Origin: Planctomycetota bacterium
GTDB lineage: Bacteria > Planctomycetota > UBA8108 > SXIK01
Assembly: GCA_965223265.1 (NCBI GenBank)
Contig: OZ244999.1
Location: 8,224,001 to 8,288,000 of the forward strand
Reading direction: 5' to 3'
Length of the DNA: 64,000 nt
Shown: piece after piece, positions 39,989 through 50,200 of the stretch
Position numbering within the stretch: the first letter of the stretch is position 1
Layout of the letters: every line of letters starts with the position of its first letter
Translations under genes and position numbers: made by a program
Notes under the pieces: generated by a model
The model's input: the letters and a program-made list of their open reading frames with translations, nothing else
Databases searched by the model: none
Told to the model about the DNA's origin: nothing

Positions 39989-40332
39989 GGCGCAACTCCT
40001 GAAAGAAATGGGATGGGGGTGAATGACCATGGAGGACGAAACGAATCGCGGCGCTCGATGCAGACACAAAAAAAATGCCGGGGAGCACGTAGCTGCCTCC
40101 CCGATCGAGAAGGCGCCCGAGGTCGTCGGTGGCGCGGCTCTCGCTCGCCGCGCGAAGCGCCGTGGAGGCACCACTCGCGGGATGTTTGACTGCATTCGTC
40201 GCGCAAGATCGGTACAATCGAGGACTCATCGCGTTTGACGCATTCCCCAAGAAATCCGATCGTCGAAAGGGTTGTTCGCTCGACCGTCATGAATGGTCGC
40301 GTAGGCCCCTCCGCATGACTAGGAGATGTTCC

Positions 40333-41478
40333 ATGCAGCTTTCAAATTGGGTGACGCTTGTAGCATTTCTTGCCATCGGCAGCGGCTGGATTGGGTGCGA
40401 CTCGCAAACGAAGAATCCAGAAGTGACAGCAGGGACTCCGAGCCAAGCCATCGAGGTCGAGAAGCCGTCCACCGACGATTCGATGTCGTCGACGGAGAGG
40501 AGTATTGAGGCGTACCTGGCAAGCGGCTCGTCAGACGCCGCGGCGTCGCGCCCGAAGAAGGAGGCGACTGGAACCAACGAGCCGGCAAAACCAACCGATC
40601 AGGAAGGCGTCGATTTGGCTGATTTGATGAAGGCGAAGACGCACGGTGGTTTTCCTGCCTCTCACTGGGTCGCGCAGCTCGAGGACAAGGCTCCGGCCTC
40701 GCGCCTCGAGGCGATCGACGCGCTCGAGGCCATCAAATCGGTCGAGCCGGAAGTCCTGGACGGGTTAGTCGGCCAGCTCAGCGCACGCGAGTCCGGTGTC
40801 GGAGAGCGTGCGGCGGAAGTGCTGCGCTCGTTTGGCCGCGCGGCCGCGCCAGCCGTTCCGAAGATCGGAGCGTGGTTGAAGTTGAACAGGAACCCGAGTG
40901 CCAGCCGCGCGGCCGCGTACGCGCTCGGGGGCATCGACCCGGAAGGCAAGCAAGTCGTGCCGATTCTCCTCGACGTTTTCGAACGCGAACACATCGCCGT
41001 CCAGGACGGTGCTGTCAGAGCGTTTCGCGAGATTGGCGAGCCTGCTTTCGAGGCTCTTGAAAACGCCCTCGACCACCCGAACAAGTGGGTGCGTATGGGC
41101 GCGGCCCGGGCGCTCGCCGGCTCGGGGTGGCAGGCTCCGAAGGCTGCCCAGGCGCTCGCAGAGATTCTGCACGACCAAAACCCGAGTCTGCGGCGTATGG
41201 CCGCGGTTGAATTCCGGCGGTTCGGCCCAGACGCGAGTGACGCCGTCCCGCACCTCGTCGAAGCGCTGGACGATCAGGAGTGGGCAATTCGACGCGCCGC
41301 CGTCAACGCGCTTGGACATGTCGCCGATCCCGACGACGCTGAAGTCGAACGTCGACTGCGGATGATCGCGGCCAGTGAGCACCCCTTCTTGGCGCCGCCA
41401 GCGAAGAAGGCATTGGCTCGCCTGGCTGAGGGAAGACCGGAGCGCCCCGGACGAAAGCCCGCTGCTGGCGGCGATTGA
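40333..41478 (+). CDS. HEAT-repeat (PBS-lyase-like) lipoprotein
   Basis: AGGAG RBS, signal MQLSNWVTLVAFLAIGSGWIGC (lipobox-like), repeated VR..AA.AL HEAT units. Confidence 0.8.
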   Translation: MQLSNWVTLVAFLAIGSGWIGCDSQTKNPEVTAGTPSQAIEVEKPSTDDSMSSTERSIEAYLASGSSDAAASRPKKEATGTNEPAKPTDQEGVDLADLMKAKTHGGFPASHWVAQLEDKAPASRLEAIDALEAIKSVEPEVLDGLVGQLSARESGVGERAAEVLRSFGRAAAPAVPKIGAWLKLNRNPSASRAAAYALGGIDPEGKQVVPILLDVFEREHIAVQDGAVRAFREIGEPAFEALENALDHPNKWVRMGAARALAGSGWQAPKAAQALAEILHDQNPSLRRMAAVEFRRFGPDASDAVPHLVEALDDQEWAIRRAAVNALGHVADPDDAEVERRLRMIAASEHPFLAPPAKKALARLAEGRPERPGRKPAAGGD

Positions 41479-41510
41479 CACGGGCTACAGTGTCTGTACA
41501 CTGTATACAG
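41475..41510 (+). promoter_or_regulatory. Sigma70-like promoter TTGACA-16-TACACT overlapped by palindromes TACAGTGT-n4-ACACTGTA and CTGTATACAG
   Basis: TTGACA 41475-41480, TACACT 41497-41502, CTGTATACAG 41501-41510, about 90 bp upstream of the copy 3 start. Confidence 0.55.
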
Positions 41511-41596
41511 TTTGTCTCGGGGGGAGGTTTGCTCATGGGCGGTTGCTACGGCGCCTGACGCCGGGTCTGAGGTGGACGGCAGCGGAAAGCGCTCCC

Positions 41597-44500
41597 ATGA
41601 CCAAGAGAATCGAGTTGTTTTTTTGCCTGCGGCCGGGCGTCGTCCACGTTTGTCTTTTCCTGCTTGGTCTCAGCGCGCTGCGGGCAGATTGTAACGTCAA
41701 TGGCATCGACGATGCCGACGACATTTCGACTGGGTCGAGCGACGACTGTAACGCAAATGGCGTTCCCGACGAGTGTGAGATCGCACCCTTCGCATTCGGT
41801 CTCGGCGATGAGAATCTGGCGCTTCTTAAAGAGCCTCAGTTTGTGCGCGCCGTCGATGTCAACGGCGACGAGCTGACCGACCTCGTCGTCGCCGAGTGGA
41901 ACTCGGATCGAACTTCGAATCTGAGTTTCCTTCCGGCGGTCGCCTCACGCCAATTCGGCGAGCGAGTCGACATACCAGTGCCCGACGACCTCTCGGATCT
42001 CGCCGTCAACGACGTCGACTCGGATGGAGACTTCGATTTCGTCACAGTTCACTCGAGCGTCCTGCTGGTGCACGAGAACACCGGTGGCGGCAACTTCGAC
42101 ACCACTCCGGTGGAGGTCGCCGTTCCCAGATTCACGCGGCAAGTGATCGCTGTGAATCTCAACGGCGACGCACGTCTTGACTTGGCGGCGACGAACACGA
42201 TCGAGGACGCGGTGTTTGTCGCCGTGGCTGACGGTGACGGCTACGCCACGCCGCAGCGATTTGCTGTGGGCGATCAGCCGGTGGCGCTCCGCGCGGCGGA
42301 TTTCGACGGCGATGGGAGCCTCGACTTAGCCGTCGCCAACACGCGATCGCAGGACGTCTCAGTGCTTTTGAATTCAGGCGCCGGTTCGTTCGGCAGCCCG
42401 AGGCATCTGCCACTCGGGGATCGACTGTCGACGTTGGTGATCGAGGACTTTAACGGCGATGGCGCGATCGATCTCATTGGCAGTGGTCGCGCGACGCTCG
42501 GCGTTTGGTTGAACCCGGGCGACGGGCAATTTGCGAGTCTCGTCACCTATCCGATCGCCGGGGTGCAGGTCTCTGCGGTCGATGTCGACGCCGACGGCGA
42601 TCGCGACATCGTTCTCGGCAATCACGCTCTGACCGAGTTGACGCTGCTTTCGAACGGCGGCAACGGAACGTTCGTCACCCGTACGGACTACGCGCTCGAT
42701 TTCCGCGGTTTCGTCGCCGGCGATCTCGATGGTGACGGCGACGTCGACGTTGCTGCGGGCGCTACGTCGCCACCAAGCGTGAAGTTTCTCTGGAACGGGG
42801 ACGTGACGACGTTTGCGGTTTCGGCGTCGCACTTTGTCACCGGCGGCCGGCCACATGACATCCGATCGGCCGACCTCAACGGCGATGGATTTCCAGACGT
42901 CGTGACGTCGAATGGTGACGATGGGACGTCGTCGATCTTGCTCTCGAACGGCGATGGCACGCTCAGTGAACCCATCGTGCGATCGTACATGGTCACGGTG
43001 AACGGCGAAGAACGTCTGGCGCACATGAATTCCATCGAGGTCGGTGACTTCGTGGGTGATTCTGCGCCTGACCTTGCAGCGATCGGGCCGACGAATATCC
43101 TGCTCATCATCCCCAACGACGGTCAGGGTGGGTTCGACGGTGAGATCGAGACCTTCCCCGGCGCTGCGGGGGCTCGCTTCCTGCGGTCGATCGATCTCGA
43201 CGGCGATTTGCGAGCCGAAATTGTCGCCACGAACATTCAGGACAACAGCGTCTCCGTATTCCGTGATTTTCGCAGCGAAGATTCTTTGAGTCGTGTCGAC
43301 TATCCGGTCGGTTCGACACCGTGGGCGGCGGCGCTGGGCGACTATGATGGCGATGGGCGGATCGACGTTGCGACAGCGAACCAAGCCTCGAGGGACGTTT
43401 CGATCTTGATCAACGTCGGTGACGGCACGTTTCAGTCGGCACGAACTCAGCCGCTCGGTTTCTCGCCGCGTTTTGTCACCGAGGCGGATCTGAATGGCGA
43501 CGGCTTCTCGGATCTCGCTTTCACGAATCCAAGTGGCGGAGAGGTCGTTCTCACGTTGAACCGCGGCGACGCCACGTTCGAGGCGCCGCGTTCATTCGTC
43601 ATCGGCCGTGCCGTCACCTCTGTCTTGGGTGGCGACTTGGATGGGGATGGCTTCGCTGACCTCGTGACGACGAACGAGCTCACCGGCCCGACCGACAGCG
43701 GCAGCATCACCGTACTCCTCGGCACGGGCGATGGCACCATCCGAAACGACTTCACGTACGACACCGACCCAGGACCGCGCTTCAGCACCATCGCCGATCT
43801 CGATCTCGACGGCGATCTTGACATTGTCAGCGGCAATCGCGTCGCTCGCACGGTCACCGTCTTTCAGAACAAGATCGATCCGTCGCTCTCTCTGTTTGCG
43901 CGGCGTATTTGTACGCCACGCGGTTTCCACGCACTCTCCCTCCCGGCACGCACAAGCAGTTTAGTGGAGCGCGCCGGTAAGTACATAACGCCTGCTCGTC
44001 CTGCAGACGGGAGGCTTTTGGAGACGACGTACCAGAACGTTCGGCGCTTCGCGCTGCACCAGGAGTTTTTGGCAGCGGTGTTCCCGGACCGCTTCCCGAG
44101 CCTCGGTGCGGAGGCTTACGCAGCGCTGACGGCACGGCGCGCCACGCGCGAGTACTACGCTGGTGTGATCAACCGGCTTCGCCTACCGGGGAGCGAGAGC
44201 GAGTCGGGCGGGATCGCGTACGGCTTCACGGTGGTTGTGGACGGCTCTGACAGCACGGAGCTTCTGAGGCAGGAGGAGGTGGGGGCGGTGTACGCCGAGC
44301 TGCGCAAGACGTTCACGCTGGAGCCGCTGGGGTACTTCCCAGACACACCAGCGGCGCGCGATCGCGCCTCTGAGTGGAGCGGCGCGGAGTTTGAGATTTT
44401 CTTCGACACCACCAGCGGCCCTGTGGACTTCGAGGCGTACACCCAAGGTGTGGGCTTCGGGCGCCTGCGGGTGCTGACGGAAGAGGAACTGAGCGCTGCG

Positions 44501-47083
44501 AGTGAGACAGGGGAGATCAGCTTTCAGAACATCTTGGTCTTAGAGATCGCCCCACGGGACATCGAAGGAGTCTTCAGCGGCGTGGTGACAGGTCAGAGGC
44601 AAGTGGAGCTGAGTCACCTGGCGATCCGCACAGCGCGTCGAGGAACGCCGAACGCGTACGTCTCCGGGGCTTTGGAGGAGTTTCGGGAGTGGGACGGCCA
44701 GCTGGTTCGCCTAGAGGTGACAGCGGGGGGCTACACGATCCGCGCGGCGAGCCAGGAGGAGGCGGAGGAGCACTGGCGCACGAGCCGGCCAAGCCTGGAG
44801 GTAGCGCCGACGCTCGACAGCGAGTTCTCGGAGCTTTTGACGCTGGGAGAGATCGCGGAGCTGGAGTCGACGGGTCTTTCGGGAGTGCCGCGCTTCGGGG
44901 GGAAGGCGACAAACCTCTCACGCCTGCAGGAGATTCTGACGGGGGAGTACGCCGAGTACCAGGAGAAGGGGTTTGCGATCCCGATGCGCTACTACGTGGA
45001 GTTCATGCGTGAGAACCGCCTGGAGTCTTTCCTCGACCGCAGTCGAGAGGTGACGTACGAGGAGTACGTGCAGGAGCTTTTAGTCGATGAGAGCTTTCAG
45101 ACGGACTCTCGCGTTCGCTTCGAAGCTCTGGACATGCTGCGCGATCACATGCGCGATGAGGGTGTTGTGCGCGCGGAGGTGATCGCGCTGGTGGCAGCGC
45201 GAGTGCGCGAGGTGATGGGCACAAGTGAGACAACGCGTGTGCGCTTTCGCTCGTCTTCGAACGTGGAGGACGACCTTCAGTTCAACGGCGCCGGTCTCTA
45301 CAACTCAACGAGCGGGTGCCTAGCCGATGAGTTTGACGGCGATGAGGAGGGCCCGTCGCAGTGCGACTCCGAGGAGACAAATGAGCGCACGATCACGCGC
45401 GCTCTGAAGCGGGTGTGGAGGAGTCTGTGGAACTTCCGGGCGTACGAGGAGCGAGAGTTTTTCGGGATTGACCAAGAGATCGCGGCGATGGGGATCCTGG
45501 TGAACCGCACGTTCATAGGTGAGGCGTCTCAGGGAGTGGCGTTTACGGGGAACACGTCGAACATTCTCGATCGGCGCTACGTGGTGACGGCGCAGCTTGG
45601 AGAGGAGAGTGTGGTGAGCCCTGAGCCCGGTGTTTTAGCGGAGACGAACGTTCTGGAGCTTGTTGAAGGTGAAGTGGTGGAGGTGATCCGTGCGGTGCGC
45701 TCGACGCTTGTGGGTGAGGGAGAGGTGGTAGTGAGTGAGGCGCAGCTGGGTGAGCTTGGGCGCCTGATGTGGCACATGGATGAGAACTTTCCTCTGGATC
45801 TGGGGCGTTTCGATCGCTCTCAGGTGCTGCTCGACGTTGAGTACAAGTTCATGAGCGACGGAGAGCTGGCGGTGAAGCAGGTGCGTCCGTTCCTTCTCTC
45901 GGAGCCTCCGCCGCCAACGCCGGAGTTCACGCTGGAGGTGCCCGAGGGCTTCGAGCTCTGTGGGGTGTTTCAAGAGGCGGGAGCGGGCCGTGGACTGCGC
46001 GATGAGTATGATCTCAAGAGCGTGGTGGAGTTCTCTGGGGGAGAGCACGTTCTTCGCAGTGACCGCGAGGTGTTCACCGGTGAGCTTTTCAGCGGTGTGT
46101 TCCTGGGCCCATCGCAAGAGCCAGGAGTGGCTGTAGGGAAGGGAACGTACCGCCTGACGCGGTTTTCAGAAGCCGGCGCAGTGACGGCGTATCGTTACAC
46201 GTACTCGCAGCGCTATGCACTTTCTGAGAGCGGTGAGGAGTACGAGGTGTCGGTGGTGACGCCGTTTGAGTTCCGGGCTCGCGGCGAGGAGACTCTGGGG
46301 GGCGGTCGTTTGGTGCTCTCTGACATTGAGTTCAAGAGTCGTCCGAGCCAGGAGCGGGTGAGCGGGCGGATCGGCGGAGCGCCGCGCGTGCGCTACGCAT
46401 CTTGTGACTTCAGTGACTTACCGCTGTGGGAGGTGATCGCGGTTGGCGAGGACGGGACTCGTATTGAGGCGCTCGAGCGCTTCGATGAGGAGGCGAGCAC
46501 GTTCGAGACGTCTCGAGCGTCCTTAGAGCGAGCGCGAGTGGAGATCGGCGGTGTGGTGCAGGATCTGAGGTCGTACACGCAGCTGGTGTACTCTGCGTCT
46601 CGTCACAACACTGCAGTGGGTTACTGGCTGGTGCTGAACGAGTCGGTGGAGCTTGAGGGGGTGAGCGGCGGTAGAGTTCGGGTCGTGGAGTACGCTCAGG
46701 GAGAGGGCGGCGAGTCGGGATCTCTGCGTTACCTGGGAGAGGACCTGAGCGAGCTTGGCCGAGCGAGCGTGAGCTCAGAGCGCCGTGAGGAGCGCGGCGA
46801 GGAGGAGCGAGAGTTTCGCCGCGGCGATGTGAATGCCGACGGATTGGTGGATCTTGCCGACGCTTTGGGAGTTTTGAACTACTTGTTTCGCCGCGCGGCG
46901 GAGCCGAGCTGCGTGCGTGCGGCGGACGCCGACGACAACGGCCGCGTGAACGTCTCGGACGCCGTGGTGATCCTGCTGCACCTCTTTGCCGGCGGCGGCC
47001 CCCTGCCTGAGCCCACCGCCTGTGGTCTCGACACCACCGGCGACTCGCTCTCCTGCAGAGACGCGGCAGCTTGTCGGCCATAG
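41597..47083 (+). CDS. Secreted FG-GAP/dikinase-like/dockerin-like protein, copy 3
   Basis: Start MTKRIE at 41597, signal ending LRADCNVNG; ELSHLAIR (His codon 44615), FGGKATNL, RSSSNVEDD..GAGLY, VKQVRP, FRRGDVNADG. Confidence 0.87.
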   Translation: MTKRIELFFCLRPGVVHVCLFLLGLSALRADCNVNGIDDADDISTGSSDDCNANGVPDECEIAPFAFGLGDENLALLKEPQFVRAVDVNGDELTDLVVAEWNSDRTSNLSFLPAVASRQFGERVDIPVPDDLSDLAVNDVDSDGDFDFVTVHSSVLLVHENTGGGNFDTTPVEVAVPRFTRQVIAVNLNGDARLDLAATNTIEDAVFVAVADGDGYATPQRFAVGDQPVALRAADFDGDGSLDLAVANTRSQDVSVLLNSGAGSFGSPRHLPLGDRLSTLVIEDFNGDGAIDLIGSGRATLGVWLNPGDGQFASLVTYPIAGVQVSAVDVDADGDRDIVLGNHALTELTLLSNGGNGTFVTRTDYALDFRGFVAGDLDGDGDVDVAAGATSPPSVKFLWNGDVTTFAVSASHFVTGGRPHDIRSADLNGDGFPDVVTSNGDDGTSSILLSNGDGTLSEPIVRSYMVTVNGEERLAHMNSIEVGDFVGDSAPDLAAIGPTNILLIIPNDGQGGFDGEIETFPGAAGARFLRSIDLDGDLRAEIVATNIQDNSVSVFRDFRSEDSLSRVDYPVGSTPWAAALGDYDGDGRIDVATANQASRDVSILINVGDGTFQSARTQPLGFSPRFVTEADLNGDGFSDLAFTNPSGGEVVLTLNRGDATFEAPRSFVIGRAVTSVLGGDLDGDGFADLVTTNELTGPTDSGSITVLLGTGDGTIRNDFTYDTDPGPRFSTIADLDLDGDLDIVSGNRVARTVTVFQNKIDPSLSLFARRICTPRGFHALSLPARTSSLVERAGKYITPARPADGRLLETTYQNVRRFALHQEFLAAVFPDRFPSLGAEAYAALTARRATREYYAGVINRLRLPGSESESGGIAYGFTVVVDGSDSTELLRQEEVGAVYAELRKTFTLEPLGYFPDTPAARDRASEWSGAEFEIFFDTTSGPVDFEAYTQGVGFGRLRVLTEEELSAASETGEISFQNILVLEIAPRDIEGVFSGVVTGQRQVELSHLAIRTARRGTPNAYVSGALEEFREWDGQLVRLEVTAGGYTIRAASQEEAEEHWRTSRPSLEVAPTLDSEFSELLTLGEIAELESTGLSGVPRFGGKATNLSRLQEILTGEYAEYQEKGFAIPMRYYVEFMRENRLESFLDRSREVTYEEYVQELLVDESFQTDSRVRFEALDMLRDHMRDEGVVRAEVIALVAARVREVMGTSETTRVRFRSSSNVEDDLQFNGAGLYNSTSGCLADEFDGDEEGPSQCDSEETNERTITRALKRVWRSLWNFRAYEEREFFGIDQEIAAMGILVNRTFIGEASQGVAFTGNTSNILDRRYVVTAQLGEESVVSPEPGVLAETNVLELVEGEVVEVIRAVRSTLVGEGEVVVSEAQLGELGRLMWHMDENFPLDLGRFDRSQVLLDVEYKFMSDGELAVKQVRPFLLSEPPPPTPEFTLEVPEGFELCGVFQEAGAGRGLRDEYDLKSVVEFSGGEHVLRSDREVFTGELFSGVFLGPSQEPGVAVGKGTYRLTRFSEAGAVTAYRYTYSQRYALSESGEEYEVSVVTPFEFRARGEETLGGGRLVLSDIEFKSRPSQERVSGRIGGAPRVRYASCDFSDLPLWEVIAVGEDGTRIEALERFDEEASTFETSRASLERARVEIGGVVQDLRSYTQLVYSASRHNTAVGYWLVLNESVELEGVSGGRVRVVEYAQGEGGESGSLRYLGEDLSELGRASVSSERREERGEEEREFRRGDVNADGLVDLADALGVLNYLFRRAAEPSCVRAADADDNGRVNVSDAVVILLHLFAGGGPLPEPTACGLDTTGDSLSCRDAAACRP
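43931..47056 (+). repeat. ~3.1-kb direct repeat shared with 49630-52755 (core + C-terminal domain + dockerin)
   Basis: Constant offset 5699 bp; identity ends at CTCTCCTGC just before the two stop codons. Confidence 0.95.
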
Positions 47084-47226
47084 AACGAGATCAAGGCGCC
47101 GCCACTCCAGCGGTTGCCGCGAACAAATCGTAGAAACACCATGGTTGTTACTTTGCACCGCGAAGCGGTGAGAATCTCGCGACAGTGATTCCTCACGGCG
47201 GAGCGTGAACGGGGAAGGGTGCTCGG

Positions 47227-50200
47227 GTGAGCGTTCGGATGCGACGACGGAGATTCAGCTGCTACGTACCGGATATCGCGCTGGGGATTCCATGCCTGGT
47301 GCACGCGTGCATCGTCGCACTCTTGATCGCGATTGGCACCGCAGCCGCACTCGCCGCAGACTGCAATCTCAACGGCGTCGAGGATGCCGAGGAAGTTGCG
47401 AGCGGCGTGGCCCAGGACTGTAACGCCGACGAAATCCCCGACGCGTGTCAGTTTGCACCGACCGAGTTCGGCTTTGGTAGCGACCGCTTACCGCTCATCA
47501 GTAGCCCCAGAGGCGTGGCCGCTGCTGATTTCAACGGCGACGGTTGGGACGACCTCGCGATCGGTTCGCAAGATGCCGCAAGAGTGTCCACGTTGACCGT
47601 TTTTCTGAGCCGAGGCGATGGGAGCTTCGAGACCGGAATCGAGCACGCCGCCACCGATGACTTAACCGGTACTGCGGTGGGTGAGTTCAATGGCGACTCT
47701 GCGATCGACATCGTGAGCGTGAGCTCTGTCGCCGTCGATATTTTTCTCAACGATGGAAACGGTGCGTTCACGCGTGCCCCGGTACCGCTCGAGGTGCCGA
47801 AATTCACGCGGACGATCGGCACTGCAGATGTTCTGCGCGGCGGCGGTAACGATCTGATCGTGGCAAACTCCGTTGACGGAACTGTCGGCGTCTTGCCGGG
47901 AAATGGGGACGGTACGTTCGGTGCGCTCGTCGACATCAGAGTCGGCGACCGGCCGTCGGCGCTGGCACTCGCCGACATCGACGCTGATGGCTGGGACGAC
48001 ATCGTGAGCGCCAACACCAGCTCGAGAAACATCTCGATCGTCGCCAGCAGCGCGGGCGACGCTTTGGCCGCGCCCATCGTGCTCGACGCGGCTGGCCTTC
48101 GACCACTCGCGGTGGCGACAGCGGACTTTGACGGTGACGGCCACGTCGACCTCGCGGCATCCGGCCAACAGGGGACACGCATCTGGCTGCAGCGTGCAAG
48201 CGGCGCCGGCGAGCTCGGCACTTTCGACTTCGATGAGGCGATCGTGTTTTCGGCGGGAGCCGCCACGCTGCTCTCTGCGGACTTCGACACCGACGGTGAC
48301 GCCGATCTTGTCGGTGTCGAAGTCGGGCTGGGCGCCCTCCAGGTCTGGATCGATGCAGGCACTGGAGGATTCGGCGCGACGCGCTTGGCGACACCAGGCG
48401 TGCGGCAGTTTGCCGCCGGTGACTTTGACGGCAACGGCGCCGAGGATTTTTGTCTGACGACCGCAGATCCGGACGGCGCCAATGTTTTGCTGTCGGGTCT
48501 TGGCAGCGCCACGATCGACATGGAACAAACTCGCGTCGTCTTTGACCGCCTGCCCCACGACGTCCAGGTCGTCGATTTGAACCGCGACGGCAACCTGGAC
48601 GTGGTGTCAGCGAATGGCCACAGCGACTCGATTTCACTCGCGTTTGGTCAAGGCGACGGCAGCTTTTCGCCCATCGTCCATCACCACCTCGGCAACTGGG
48701 GGCACGCGAATTCGATCGACGTTGGCGACTTCGACCGCGATGGTGACATGGATATCGTCACAGCTGATTTTGAGGGGCGGGATACGATTCCAGGCGTCGT
48801 CGCCGAGGTGACACAAATCGCGGTGATTTACAACCGCGGCGACGGGTTGCCGGAACGCACGGTAACGTACCCGACGGGACGGGAAAGCTGGATGGTCCGC
48901 ACTCAAGACCTCGACGGTGACGGGCGCCTCGATCTTTTCACTGCCAACCGCGCCGCGGAGACCGCGACGCTTTACTTCGGTCTCGAGGACGGGACGTTCG
49001 GTCGTCGTGAGGACATCCCGGCTGGCGACACTCCAGCGGCGGTGTTTGCTGCCGACCTCGATGCGGACGGCGACGCCGATCTCCTCGCTGCCAATTCCGT
49101 GTCGGCGCGGGTGTCGATTCTCGTCAACCGCGGCGTCGGCAACTTCGATCCACCGCACACCATCGAGGTTGCGCTGGGACCCAATTTTGTCAGCGCCGCC
49201 GACGTCAACAGCGATGGTCGCGTCGACGTTTTGACGACGCACGAACCCTCGCGGTCGGTCGGCGTACTCCTCGGGCGAGGTGGTTTAGAGTACGATCCGC
49301 CACTCAGTTTTCCACTCCGCTCCGCTCCGTTTTCGTTGACGGCGGTGGATTTGAGCGGCGACGGCTTTCTCGACCTGATCGTACCGCATGGCGGCGAAAC
49401 GACGGTGCTGCTCGGACGCGGCGACGGTACATTTCCGGTCTTTTTTCAATACGTCGTCGGCGCTCAGCCGCGCTTTTCCGCCGCCGGAGACCTCAACAGC
49501 GATGGTGCGATGGACTTCGTCGTCGGGAACCGTTTTACGCGCGACATCAGTGTCTTCTTGCAGCGCCGAAACGCGACGGAGTTGACGGCCGCGTTTCTTG
49601 ACGGGATTTGCACGGCGGCGGACTTTCATGCACTCTCCCTCCCGGCACGCACAAGCAGTTTAGTGGAGCGTGCGGGCAAGTACATAACGCCTGCGCGGCC
49701 AGAAGACGGTGCGCTTTTGGAGACGACGTATCAGAACGTTCGTCGCTTCGCGCTGCACCAGGAGTTTTTGGCAGCGGTGTTCCCCGACCGCTTCCCGAGC
49801 CTCGGTGCGGAGGCTTACGCGGCACTGACGGCGCGGCGCGCCACACGGGACTACTACGTCGGTGTGATCAACCGCCTTCGCCTTGCGGCGAGCGAGAGCG
49901 AGGCAGGCGGGATCGCCTACGGCTTCACGGTGGTTGTGGACGGCTCGGACAGCGCGGAGCTTCTCACTCAGGAGGAGGTCGAGGCGGTGTACGCCGAGCT
50001 GCGCAAGACGTTCACGCTGGAGCCGCTGGGGTACTTCCCAGACACACCAGCGGCGCGCGATCGCGCCTCTGAGTGGAGCGGCGCGGAGTTTGAGATTTTC
50101 TTCGACACCACCAGCGGCCCTGTGGACTTCGAGGCGTACACCCAAGGTGTGGGCTTCGGGCGCCTGCGGGTGCTGACGGAAGAGGAACTGAGCGCTGCGA

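Noticed and set aside
17455-45981. Classical site-specific shufflon
   Set aside because: No tyrosine or serine recombinase and no short crossover sites seen; only long homology
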